A DNA stretch of 63,986 nucleotides, the filler included, from Octopus bimaculoides (Eukaryota): assembly GCF_001194135.2 (NCBI RefSeq). It is 6 parts of 5 records of this genome, joined end to end, with 100 filler letters (N's around TTAATTAATTAA, not from the genome) between each part and the next. Parts side by side here need not be neighbours in the genome. Positions count along the whole stretch, not along the records: positions 16,316 to 40,335 come from NC_068982.1; positions 40,436 to 51,951 come from NC_068985.1; 4 more parts are not named here. One strand, written 5' to 3'. This document shows positions 37,815-49,900 of this stretch, piece by piece (position 1 is the first letter of the stretch; the number at the start of each line of letters is the position of its first letter). Both the position numbers and the translations under genes were made by a program. The notes under the pieces were generated by a model, which did not search any database, was not told the DNA's origin, and saw nothing but the letters and a program-made list of their open reading frames with translations.

Positions 37815-38250
37815 TTTTATTATGCTCTTCCATCTATCTGGTAGAGTTGCAAGGCCCCTCATCCAAATTTCATTTCGCCGTGACGAATAATACTCCTCCA
37901 GTACTGTTCTGACTTCGTTTATCGAATTCCTATTTTTTTCCGCTCAAATGATTTTGAAAACTATGGAATAATGATAATCAGATGGAGGCAATGTCCAGCG
38001 AATATGGTGGGTGGGTCATCGTTTTCCATTGAAACTGCTGCAGCTGTTGGGATTTAATTCTCGCTTTATGTGGCCGAGAATTATCCTGATGGAAGACAGT
38101 CGTTTTCCTTCTAGAACTAACTCAAACCGCTCACGCTGCTCGCAGTACATGTACTTTGTTATCGTTTGGTCTGAGTCAGACACCTACAATCCACTGAAAC
38201 GTATGTTCTCTATGTTAAACCACAGGTCGAACCCGAGGAAATGAGCGAGA
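37815..38250 (-). mobile_element. Mariner transposase 3' fragment
   Basis: FHQDNSRPHKAR...QWKTMTHPPYSLDIA..DYH...FWMRGLATLPDRWKS. Confidence 0.88.
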
Positions 38251-38321
38251 CAATATACAATTTTTTTTTTAATAACACTATACGTCGAGATTTCGTCCTC
38301 CGTAAGAATTTACTCTGCATT

Positions 38322-38353
<32 letters not shown>

Positions 38354-38479
38354 TGAGGCTATGATATGTAATGGTGTCAAGAAGACCCAAAGGTGTCAAA
38401 TGTTGCTGAGTAAGTGCTATGGACAGACTATAGTAAAGCTCCAGGTTCGGTGATTATGCGAATGAGAGGCCTATGTAGG

Positions 38480-38750
38480 TCATATATCAGCATGCGTATA
38501 TATATAAAAATCCAAGGCTGTGAAAGATTTCAGAACATTTATAAATAGAATGCCTTATAGATGTTTCCGGGATATTTTATATACCCCTTCATCGGAGACG
38601 GTGTGAGAAAATGGTTAAGCAATAGTTATTCTTGATAAAATATGAAATATAGAGTGAAGTGGTGGAATGAAAAATTTTCTCATGAAATTTCGGCAAACGT
38701 CAGAACGTAAAACGAGCAAGAAATGAAAAGAAACAAAATTTAGGGATGTC
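38480..38750 (-). mobile_element. PLE pseudo-LTR-like repeat (family H2) with a CCGAUGAA hammerhead-like fold
   Basis: Minus-strand GTCT-CCGATGAA-GGGGTAT(ATAAA)ATATCCC-G-GAAAC-ATCTAT-A-AGGC at 38599-38552. Confidence 0.55.
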
Positions 38751-38986
38751 ACATACCTAGGTTCCATTGTTACCATTTACATTACGTAAATGTCTGCAAA
38801 TCATCGTGTGACCTTCATGGAAAATATAATTTACAGAGTTATGCACGAGACATCCTCCCGAGAGAAAACATGCATACAGTTCTATCAATTGCATTTGGTC
38901 GATATATATGAAATGTGTTCGTTTTGGCGCGGCGAAGCCGGAAATGACTCTACAGATAATGATTTTCTGCAGCGAAAGTTGCCGAT

Positions 38987-39043
<57 letters not shown>

Positions 39044-39609
39044 TATGGATTAGAGACAGGTATTCACTGTATAGAAAATACACTTCGAAGTGCTCAAGAG
39101 ACTTGAACTTGAGCAGGTAGAGGAGTAAATGTAAGGACAAGAAAGTTAGGAAAGACGTTATAAAAATATTAAATACATTTAATACAAACGATATACGTAT
39201 GTATGCATATAAAAGAATCCGATTTTCACAGAATGGAAGTAATATCAGGAATTAAATGGAAGATATTCTAGACCATTATAGGGTGAGATTTACCAATCTA
39301 ACATGTTATTGGTGGCTCTGTAGTATCTGATTATGGAATCAAGTTACAAACATTATTTTGGACCACCAAAATCCCCAGAAATAACTGTTGGACTCGTAAA
39401 GCTCCTACTCAGTCCCATTAATTCCTGATATTATTTGTATTCTCTGTGAGTCAAACAATTTTTATATATAAACATATGTACATTTTTGTATTAAATGTAT
39501 ATAATATTTTTTGTATATCAACTTCCTTGTCCTTACATTTACTCCTATACTTATACCTATGCACATCTGGAGACACGCACACGCAAACATATGCACACAC
39601 AGACACACA

Positions 39610-39860
39610 CATCCACGCACCAACCGCACACGCACGCACCACCCGCAAGCACCACCCGCACACACACGCACCACCCGCACACGCACGCACCACCCGCACA
39701 CGCACGCATCACCCGCACACGCACGCACAGGAGGTCTGGGTGTTATGCAATCTGCGATAAAATNNNNNNNNNNACGCACCACCCGCACACGCACGCACCA
39801 CCCGCACACGCACGCACCACCCGCACACGCACGCATCACCCGCACACGCACGCACAGGAG
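39610..39860. repeat. 19-bp minisatellite (GCACCACCCGCACACGCAC)n, partly duplicated across a 10-N gap
   Basis: Direct reading. Confidence 0.85.
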
Positions 39861-40149
39861 GTCTGGGTGTTATGCAATCTGCGATAAAATAATGTCCATC
39901 AAATACGTGTACGCAATACTTCTCGCCATTCAGGTAAACAATTGCAAAGAAGTTACGCATATCTAGCCAAGATAATGCACCGATTATGTTTCTGCGTGTT
40001 CGTCTTTCAGAAACATGAAATACCACTAGTCGACGACGTCCTGTCGAAGAGAGAGAAGGTCGGGTTACACGTGCACGCCCTCTTGTCGTCTGTTAATTTT
40101 ACTCGTATATTTGAATTGTTTTTTTTTTTTTGCATTGACTATTGACTGC

Positions 40150-40335
40150 TACCCCCAAAAGTTTTTGTTTTTATTCTCCCTCTGTATATCTGTATATTTC
40201 CACTTGTCCCTTTCTGTTGGAGAGCGTAGGCTCGAAACGGAAAAGTACTTTCTCACCTTCCCGAGCCCGAGCGTCAAACTAATACACATGCTTGTTGTTT
40301 ATAAACCTGTCTTCGTCTTTTGTTTTTCTGTAAAT
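40150..40335 (+). mobile_element. Family H1 second copy with hammerhead-like fold
   Basis: CTTT-CTGTTGGA-GAGC(GTAG)GCTC-GAA-ACGG-A-AAAG at 40210-40245. Confidence 0.6.
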
Positions 40336-40435
40336 NNNNNNNNNNNNNNNNNNNNNNNNNNNNNNNNNNNNNNNNNNNNTTAATTAATTAANNNNNNNNN
40401 NNNNNNNNNNNNNNNNNNNNNNNNNNNNNNNNNNN

Positions 40436-40502
<67 letters not shown>

Positions 40503-40682
40503 TAGTTTTATTTTTATAACGTGCTTTCACTTCACTACCGAGCGCAGCTCTGTGCGCCTTGGGTATGTGCTGTGGTTTGCTGTGGTGCTCTTATGTTTAC
40601 TGTATTGAAAGTGTTTTGCGTAGAATGTGTGCAGTATCCAGTAGTGCAATTTTCTGTATGTTCTATATATTTGTAAGTCCTG

Positions 40683-40741
<59 letters not shown>

Positions 40742-40915
40742 TTATTTTGTTATGTATCAGCTTAACACTACTGAACTATGGTAAGTATTGGTTAACGGTT
40801 TGTATGGATGGATGGATGGATGGATGGATGGATAGAAAAGATGACGATGATGAGGGGAGGGGAAGGAGAAGGAGGATCTTACTGTTAATACTGTCATCAT
40901 CATCATCATCACCAC

Positions 40916-40947
<32 letters not shown>

Positions 40948-41224
40948 CCATCATCATACCCAGCATCACCACCATATTTCATTCCGTCAACCAATGACCC
41001 ATTACGAGGTTGATTTTGTTGCTAGAAACAGGAGCCGAATCTTGCTAAGCTCTCACCTTACATTCTTTAAAAATAAAAAAATAAAAACAGAAGCCCAGAA
41101 AAAATAGTTGCAGTGGACAGTATAGTTCCTAATGTAGAAGGCGGAATGGTGTGAAGACTGGAACGCCCTTAAACGTAGGTCTACTCAGCCTGGCACAACA
41201 AGAGATTAAACAGCAAAATTGTCA

Positions 41225-41418
41225 TCAGCTTCCACCGGGTGACTCACCGTCTTCCTCGTCGTCTCAGTAGTCGTTGTCACCGTCATCGTCACCGTCATCG
41301 TCACCGTCATCGTCACCACCATATTGTCATTGGCATTAACGTTGGAATTGTGGTAGATGTGACAGTTGTCGTCGTCGTCGTCGTCGTGTGGTGGTGATGT
41401 TCATCATCATCATCATCA

Positions 41419-41455
<37 letters not shown>

Positions 41456-41635
41456 CCATCATCACCACCATCATCATCACCGCCAAGAACAACAACAGCC
41501 CTACCTACCTACCTCTGACAAACAAACGCTACACTTGCAAACAACAATAAACGCCACCACCACCACCACCACCACCACCACTACCACCACCACCACCACC
41601 ACCAACATTACCACCGCCACCGCCACCGCCGCTAC
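41225..41635. repeat. Compound trinucleotide block (GTC/CAT/CAC)n
   Basis: Direct reading; source of the spurious poly-His ORF. Confidence 0.95.
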
Positions 41636-42142
41636 NNNNNNNNNNNNNNNNNNNNNNNNNNNNNNNNNNNNNNNNNNNNNNNNNNNNNNNNNNNNNNNNN
41701 NNNNNNNNNNNNNNNNNNNNNNNNNNNNNNNNNNNNNNNNNNNNNNNNNNNNNNNNNNNNNNNNNNNNNNNNNNNNNNNNNNNNNNNNNNNNNNNNNNNN
41801 NNNNNNNNNNNNNNNNNNNNNNNNNNNNNNNNNNNNNNNNNNNNNNNNNNNNNNNNNNNNNNNNNNNNNNNNNNNNNNNNNNNNNNNNNNNNNNNNNNNN
41901 NNNNNNNNNNNNNNNNNNNNNNNNNNNNNNNNNNNNNNNNNNNNNNNNNNNNNNNNNNNNNNNNNNNNNNNNNNNNNNNNNNNNNNNNNNNNNNNNNNNN
42001 NNNNNNNNNNNNNNNNNNNNNNNNNNNNNNNNNNNNNNNNNNNNNNNNNNNNNNNNNNNNNNNNNNNNNNNNNNNNNNNNNNNNNNNNNNNNNNNNNNNN
42101 NNNNNNNNNNNNNNNNNNNNNNNNNNNNNNNNNNNNNNNNNN

Positions 42143-42237
42143 GGATCAGCAAACAGTTGCTTCACCACATACCGAAGTTCAGAAATAGCTGCTATTTCTG
42201 AACTTCGGTATGTGGTGAAGCAACTGTTTGCTGATCC
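42143..42237. repeat. Perfect palindrome, 47-bp arms, 1-nt spacer
   Basis: GGATCAGC...GAAATAGC-T-GCTATTTC...GCTGATCC; starts exactly at a contig edge. Confidence 0.95.
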
Positions 42238-42389
42238 CTTAATTATGTTTATAAATGTATAAGAACTTTTAAATAAGTTCTCCACCGATAATGGTGTTTA
42301 CATACCGAAGGGCTTGGTAAAAATGATTAATTATTAATTTATTAATAAATTAATAAATTGATAAACCTTTACCCTTTTAATTGTAACAC

Positions 42390-42427
<38 letters not shown>

Positions 42428-42717
42428 ATACATGCATATATATATATATATATATATATATCATTATAAATATACAGGGATTAGCAATTGAGTTGCTTCT
42501 CCAACATATATTCTTGTATATATATATATATATATACATATATATAATGACAAGATGTCACGGTGGGAACGTCTTTAAATGATGTAGGCCTGCTCGACCA
42601 GAGCTGACCTGGGCTGGAACAGTAGCAACAGTATCTACTTCACTTACAGCAGTATCAAGAAGGACAGCAGCAGCAGTTCCCACTACACTACTAGAGGTAG
42701 TAGTAGTAGTAGTTGTT

Positions 42718-42775
<58 letters not shown>

Positions 42776-43210
42776 CTGTTGTTGTTGTTGTTGTTGTGGT
42801 TGTGGTTGTTGTTGTAATTGTTGCTTAACCCTGGCTTAGCTCAAATAAATGGATCTATTTACATTCCAAAAGACTCTCCAAACATGAGCACTCCATCTTA
42901 TTCCTGGCACTCCGTCTATTGTCTAGTGCGTTCGTTTCTTTTTCTTTTTCTTTCTTCTTTTTTTTTTTTTTAATAATTTCAAGGCAGAATTTACCGGAGG
43001 TTTGGCAATTATTTCTTGCAGGTGTAACGACCAAGTACAAACCCCACTATTGTTGACTTTGCATCCATGACTGTTTATGGTAAAAAAAAAAAACAATAGC
43101 ACCGTTAACCACGACAATCACCAATGGAACCTTTATGTAGTCGTTTTACCAGCTAGAAATAGCAGTCAAATTTCCCTACGGCCTTGGGTTAAAAATAAAT
43201 GTAGTTTTTG

Positions 43211-43278
<68 letters not shown>

Positions 43279-44399
43279 GTCTGTCTACCTGTCTGTCTGT
43301 CTGTCTATCTATCTATCTCTTTGTCTGTTTGTGTCTGTGTGTGCTGTGTGTATACACATATACATATACATTCACACACACACAAACACACACACGAGAT
43401 AGAGACTACTCAAGGCTAGAATAGCTTTGTTTCTTAGATAGGCTCTGTTAGAAGTGACCTAGGTCTAATCAACNNNNNNNNNNNNNNNNNNNNNNNNNNN
43501 NNNNNNNNNNNNNNNNNNNNNNNNNNNNNNNNNNNNNNNNNNNNNNNNNNNNNNNNNNNNNNNNNNNNNNNNNNNNNNNNNNNNNNNNNNNNNNNNNNNN
43601 NNNNNNNNNNNNNNNNNNNNNNNNNNNNNNNNNNNNNNNNNNNNNNNNNNNNNNNNNNNNNNNNNNNNNNNNNNNNNNNNNNNNNNNNNNNNNNNNNNNN
43701 NNNNNNNNNNNNNNNNNNNNNNNNNNNNNNNNNNNNNNNNNNNNNNNNNNNNNNNNNNNNNNNNNNNNNNNNNNNNNNNNNNNNNNNNNNNNNNNNNNNN
43801 NNNNNNNNNNNNNNNNNNNNNNNNNNNNNNNNNNNNNNNNNNNNNNNNNNNNNNNNNNNNNNNNNNNNNNNNNNNNNNNNNNNNNNNNAACGGGGCGAAG
43901 AAAAGGTGTTGGCAGGCCGATTAGCAACAGAACAGCCCCACCATCGCTACAACAATAGCTACAACTACGGCACTAGTAGCAAACAAAGTGATCAATAAGC
44001 TAGCAAAGGACCTTGTAGATGCTTGAGACATCAGCCAAATATCCCTCAAATCACATTCCGTGGGTTTTTTTTAAAAAAATTTTACTTCGTGTAGCGTGAA
44101 TAGAAGAAAGAACTGTCGTAACTAAAACGTCATCGAGCATTGGTCCGTTTAATCACTGCTGACATGGAGCAACAATCAGGGCTGAAGCGAGGTTTATTAC
44201 TCACAAGAATAGTACCAAACAAGGGAAGCTAGATGGAAGTTCAGTGTCTGAAATAAATGACCCTCCAACAAGGGTTCACAAACTGACAAAAGCCAGCTTT
44301 ATATCCCACCACCAAAATATTAGCAATTTTATTTATTTATTTATTTATTTATTCGTTTATTTATCTATTTATTCTTTTTCGTCTTTATTAATATCTTCT

Positions 44400-44590
44400 A
44401 AAATAGGCGGTCAGCAGTCTTAAGGGGAGCAGTGACCAATATTTCGCTGGTACTTATTTTCTCGACTCCAGAGGGGTGAAAGGCAAAGTTAACTTCGGCA
44501 GCCTTTGGACTCAGAACGCAACGAACCGGAAGAAATACCGCTAAGGGGTTTTTTTTCGTTTCTCCAGCGAGCGCTGGCCAGCTCGCCGCA
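44400..44590 (-). mobile_element. SINE family B
   Basis: GTACTTATTTT..CGAC...GAAAGGCAAAGTTAAC...CTCAGAACG...CAGCTCGCCGC. Confidence 0.8.
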
Positions 44591-45694
44591 TTTTCTGCTT
44601 TTATTAATGAAAATACGCATTCGAATATTTTTCTTTTTTCTTTGCTAAAATTAGGGCAAATTTTAAGCTTTAAAACCTTCTTAATTTTGATTAAAAAGGA
44701 AATTTTGTGCTCTCCTTTCACAATCCATACAGGACCCATGGGGTCCTAAGTTACATTTCCTCCCTGTGAAATACTGTCCCACGAAAGTGTAGGGGGTGGT
44801 GTAAAGTAAGTAATATGCTAGAGTAGTACGGTTTTCCAATATTTTTAAATAGAGTACGGTTTCACAAATGTTATATTGTGAATTGTAAAACATCGACCAA
44901 TGGAGATTATCAAAGGAATTAGTTGGGAAAATCAATTTTTAGAGTGTATTTAAAATTTTAAAGTGACAAGAAAGGAAAAAAAAACTCAATATTATTGGTT
45001 GATAAAAATTTATGAACGCACATTGGAATGGATCTGGGCTTTATACCCAGCTGGTGATAGAAACACATAAGTTTCGTCATTGTTAATCCTCCTCAGCGAT
45101 GCATATTCTGCTCATTTGGCATAACTAAATGTGATCAATGCATTTAGAGAAAACGAATGTAGTGGTGTTGGTAATAAATATCAACCATATAACTACGTGA
45201 AAATACCCCAGGGAAACGTCCTACAGTAGTAACTACAAATATAGAATCTCTTAGTGAAAACCCCCGAAGCAAGCTTAGTGAACCAATAAGTACATGACTA
45301 TGAAGTATATAAAACGGTGTCTGCTTTTCATACAATTCACACATGTACATACATAATGCATGCATACATACATACATACATACATACATATACCCATAAA
45401 CAAACGCAAACGTACATACACACGCAATGACACATACAAACACGCGCCGAGACCCGCATGGTAACACTGATACAGAAGCAAACATGCATATGTGTGTGTC
45501 TCTGTTTTAAAATTATTATAATTCCTCCAAGGAGGGGGGAGCCCGTTTCCATCAAAGATACAAGGTTCCATCTTTGGGGTGTAGTTAACATAGACAAATT
45601 CACATTTAGAACTTGAGAAAAGTTTTGCATATTTTTACTGTTCCACTCACAGATTGCGCTTGTAATGCACGAATATGTATGTATGTATGTATGT

Positions 45695-45825
45695 CAGAGG
45701 TGCAATCTGTGTGGGTGTTTTTTCAGAACATTGTCTGGTTTAAAAAGCCACATCAGACGCCATGAAGGGGCTAAGGTGTAGGTACAGGAGGTGGTCAAAC
45801 TCTGTGTAAGGAGTAGACAACCATT
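45695..45825 (+). mobile_element. LINE 3' end with a terminal C2H2 finger (probably RTE-type), inside (ATGT)n
   Basis: QRCNLCGCFFRTLSGLKSHIRRHEGAKV* (45695-45781); ATGT repeats on both sides. Confidence 0.6.
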
Positions 45826-45954
45826 TATATGTATGTATGTATGTATATATGCATTGTGTATGTACGTAATGGGCATGCATCAATGTATGTATCTATGTCT
45901 GTATACATACAAGCATATATGCATACGTACAAACATACATACATACATACATAC

Positions 45955-46418
45955 CTGAAGATCAGTGAAAAAGATAACACCTATGCTGAACTATTGAGAA
46001 ATTTACAGTTACTCTATCCAGATTACAAGTTCAAGTTTATACCTGTAATTATTGGGGCCTTGGGATACATAACACACTGCTTAAATACCTATTTTGAGAA
46101 ATTAGGCTTCTCAAAACCAGAAAGGAGAAAGCTGATTCAGAGACTACAGATCCAAGCCATCACTGGAAGTGTAAAAATCTGTAAAACTTTCCAGAAGTTT
46201 ATCATTTAGATATATATATATAAGCATGTCTAGATATGCAACTGTATGCATGAGAACACATACATAAAACATACAAATCTGCGCATACATACATACATTC
46301 ATACATACAAAAATACCCTGTTGTTGATGTTGAAATTCCAATGAAGGAACTTTGGATCTAGGTTCGAAACCAGTTCTTTCTATAGTGGCAAAAAAATCTT
46401 GAAATAAACTGAATAATG
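45955..46418 (+). mobile_element. 5'-truncated RLE non-LTR element (R2/R4-like C-terminus and 3' UTR), inside (CATA)n
   Basis: EKDNTYAELLRNLQLLYP...IPVIIGALG...GSVKICKTF..F* to 46209; CATA repeats on both flanks. Confidence 0.8.
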
Positions 46419-46479
46419 ACATACATACATGCATACATATATGCATACACACATGAGTGTGAGCGTGTATATGTGCCTT

Positions 46480-46753
46480 TTATCTTTTACCTTTTATATG
46501 TTTCACTCATTTGACTGTGGCTACGTCGGGGCATTACCTTGAAGGGCTTAGATGAACAAATCGACCTAATTCGCTTTTTTTTCCTTTTTTTTTTGTAAAC
46601 GAAAAGCAAGTCTGGTACTTACTCTATCGATCTCTCTTTGCTGAACTACTAAGTTATGTACAAGCAACTACTCCAACGCCGATTGTCAAGGGGTGCTGCG
46701 GGACAAACACAAAAGCATACGCACACTCACACATGCATGTGTACGTGTATGTA

Positions 46754-46793
<40 letters not shown>

Positions 46794-46830
46794 TGTGTGT
46801 GTGTGTGTATATACACATACATTTTCGACG
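46480..46830 (-). mobile_element. SINE family A, 3' half
   Basis: TTTCACTCATTTGACTGTGGC...CTGAACTACTAAGTT...GGACAAACAC. Confidence 0.8.
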
Positions 46831-47177
46831 GGGCTTTGCATATACGTTTGCGTATGTAACCTTGTATGTGTGTATGTACTTATATGTATGTTTATACACG
46901 TACATTCATATATAAAATGTAACACTATATATGTCGCAGATGTAGTTGTTCGAGGAGACATAGATGAGAGGTATTGTTGTCATCATGAACCCTATTTTTG
47001 TTTAAAACGTTACCTAATAAGTGGTTTTCTTAGGTGATAAAGTTAGATTTTGGGGCGCGGGTGAGGGTATTTGACTGCTATTTCTAATAGGTAAGCGAAA
47101 GCATTAAAAAGCATTCATTGTTTGTGTGTGCGCGTTTGTGTACGTGTCGGGCCGATATCATCAGATATCTATCTATC

Positions 47178-47208
<31 letters not shown>

Positions 47209-47231
47209 CTGTCTATCTATCTATCTGTCTG

Positions 47232-47297
<66 letters not shown>

Positions 47298-47384
47298 ACA
47301 TACACAGGAAGACAGATTAACAAGTGTAGACACACACACACACATACGTTGGGGTGTTGAAAAGTTCTTGGCTTAAAGGTTGTC

Positions 47385-47735
47385 GCGGGTTCAGTCCCAC
47401 TGCGTGGCACCTTGGGCAAGTGTCTTCTATTATAGCCTCGGGCCGACCAAAGCCTTGTGAGTGGATTTGGTAGACGGAAACTGAAAGAAGCCCGTCGTAT
47501 ATATGTATATGTATATAGATATGTATGTGTGTGTTTGTCCCCCCAACATTGCTTGACAATCGATGCTGGCGTGTTTACGTCCCCGTAACTTAGCGGTTTG
47601 GCAAAACAGACCGATAGAGTAAGTACTAGGCTTCCAAAGAATAAGTCCTGGGCTCGATTTGCGCGACTAAAGGCGGTGTTCCAGCATGGCCACAGTCAAA
47701 TGACTGAAACGAGTAAAAGAGTAAAGAGTAAAGAG
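47385..47735 (+). mobile_element. SINE family A (A-box lost)
   Basis: GGGTTCAGTCCCACTGCGTGGCACCTTGGGCAAG...(GAGTAAA)n tail. Confidence 0.92.
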
Positions 47736-48175
47736 AGACCGCTGCAATAAGTGTGTGAATCTGAGAGGAGATATGTTGCATAAAATTATACTCAAGTTAT
47801 CCTCCTGTATATTCTTTTTACCCAAAGTCAGGAACTTTTCAGCACCTCCCCGTAAACATATGTATGTATAATATGGCCGTGCCTCGTAATCAAATGTCTC
47901 TTGGTCTCATCGGTGTTCATCAAAGGCTTTCACTAAGATTCTCTTCTTGTTCTTTTTCTTTTTGTTTGGTTCTCGCGTAGCTGTGAGCACACACCTATCA
48001 TTCCGCTGAACCTTCCGCTGAACCTTCCGCTGAACCTTCTGCTGTTGATCTAGAGGAGCACCAGCTTTTGATCGACCCAGTCGACCCAGGCAGCGCGAGA
48101 GGGATTTGAACTGGGAACATAAAGCACTGCAACGAATAACCCACCCGCCACATAAAGATGCATACAAATAGGTGC

Positions 48176-48224
<49 letters not shown>

Positions 48225-48244
48225 ATATGTATATATATGTATGC

Positions 48245-48296
<52 letters not shown>

Positions 48297-48336
48297 NNNN
48301 NNNNNNNNNNNNNNNNNNNNNNNNNNNNNNNNNNNN

Positions 48337-48382
<46 letters not shown>

Positions 48383-49585
48383 TATATATTATATATTATA
48401 TATATATATATATATATACATATTATATATTATATATATATATATTATATATATATATACATATATATATGTAATATATGTAAATACATATATATTTTAT
48501 ACATACATACATGCATATATATACATGTGTGTGTGTGTGTGTCCTTAATATGTCATCCAGTTAAACACCACTACCTAGAACCTAGGTGCACTTAAATCTG
48601 GTCGGTCCATTCAAACCATATCTTCAGTTTATGCATATACCGTTTTTTTATCTTCTTCCCACCAACCTAGAAGTCCCTGATAGCCACAGATATTGTCCTT
48701 TTTTTTGTGACAACGCCCTTAAAAGATATATGTCTAGATGTGTTTGTGCGCACACACATGCAAATATATGCACACATATGTGTTTGCATGCATGTTGGTG
48801 CATGTTAAATTGCACGGCAATCTACGAAGCTATATTGAATATATAATCAACAGGTAGACAATACATAGCCGCACCCAAATACACGTATACATTAAATACA
48901 CAACTCACACAGTATTGCAATACACGCATAAACGAGAAGATGACACACCAATAGACACATAAATACTCCCTACGCCCCGAGCCAACGACTGAGGCGATTC
49001 TAAGAAGTGGTTTGATTAACTAGAAATCGCAGCCAAAACTCTTTCGAAAGACACCATATCGTCTAACTAAACGGAAGAATTACATCAGATATGTAACATG
49101 TAGCTTGAGACACACGAGAAGAATATTGAACAGTCTTGGCTGGAATGCCTTCTGTTGCAGGTTTGTTCCATTAGGCTTGGTCTGGGGTTGGACAATAACA
49201 TCAACACCGTCGTCATTACATACTCCGCCATCAGCGAACGGGGATTCTTAAACCTTGTCGACCACAATAAGGTATTTGTACGAATCAAAAATGAAGAAGT
49301 GAAGAAGTATTATATCTAATACATAATAAGAAGACGAACCAACGAAGGAGCCAGTCGGTCATCGCTCAAATTGCTGGAAATAGTAACAAGGAAACCTTCC
49401 TCAATTCCATCCTACCGTCTTAAAACGTGAAGGAGACATTAAATAAAATAATGCGTGAGAGCCCCTAAAATGATAGAGAAAGTGTCTGGTTATAAAGGTC
49501 TGTTCGATAAATATTGACATGGGGGGTTTAACAACAACAACAACACGAGCAACAACACGAAAATGGTGAGGTGAGAGTACCCTAC

Positions 49586-49900
49586 CTTTCGTTAAGCAAT
49601 CTCCGTACAATATCCCACCACCCTTCGCCGATGTGTATAGTCGAGTGGAAAGCACGGCATCTTCGACGGGATTCCCCTCTACGTGGAAGCATCAGCCAAC
49701 AACAACAACAACAACGCAACAACAAACAAACAACAACAAAACCAAAGGCAGCAGTAGCAGCAGCAAAAACAAAAGCAACAATTTGTTCGATCAACTTCAA
49801 TCAACTGACATAGCTATGTAGCACGACACGTGAGGCTAGCACTCCCCTCCCTCCCTCACTCACTCATTCACTCATATTCTCTCTCGCGCGCACTCTCTCC
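49586..49900 (-). promoter_or_regulatory. Candidate promoter and first exon of an unidentified minus-strand gene
   Basis: Inr-like TCAGTT (49808-49803), E-box CACGTG (49827-49832), CT/GA-rich tract with CGCGCG upstream, (GTT)-rich UTR-like segment, donor AAG|gtaggg at 49586/49585. Confidence 0.35.

Noticed and set aside
39715-39890. Apparent tandem duplication around a 10-N gap
   Set aside because: Identical sequence on both sides of a nominal gap, typical of unmerged overlapping contig ends.
41388-41635. Poly-His/poly-Thr ORF
   Set aside because: Pure (CAT)/(CAC) microsatellite running into a gap; no complex coding sequence.
44724-44740. 7-bp hairpin AGGACCC-ATG-GGGTCCT as a Helitron end
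   Set aside because: No properly spaced CTRR terminus or matching 5' end identified.
47998-48045. 12-bp repeat encoding AEGS or KVQR repeats
   Set aside because: Only 3-4 units next to a decayed SINE-like stretch; no recognisable protein context.
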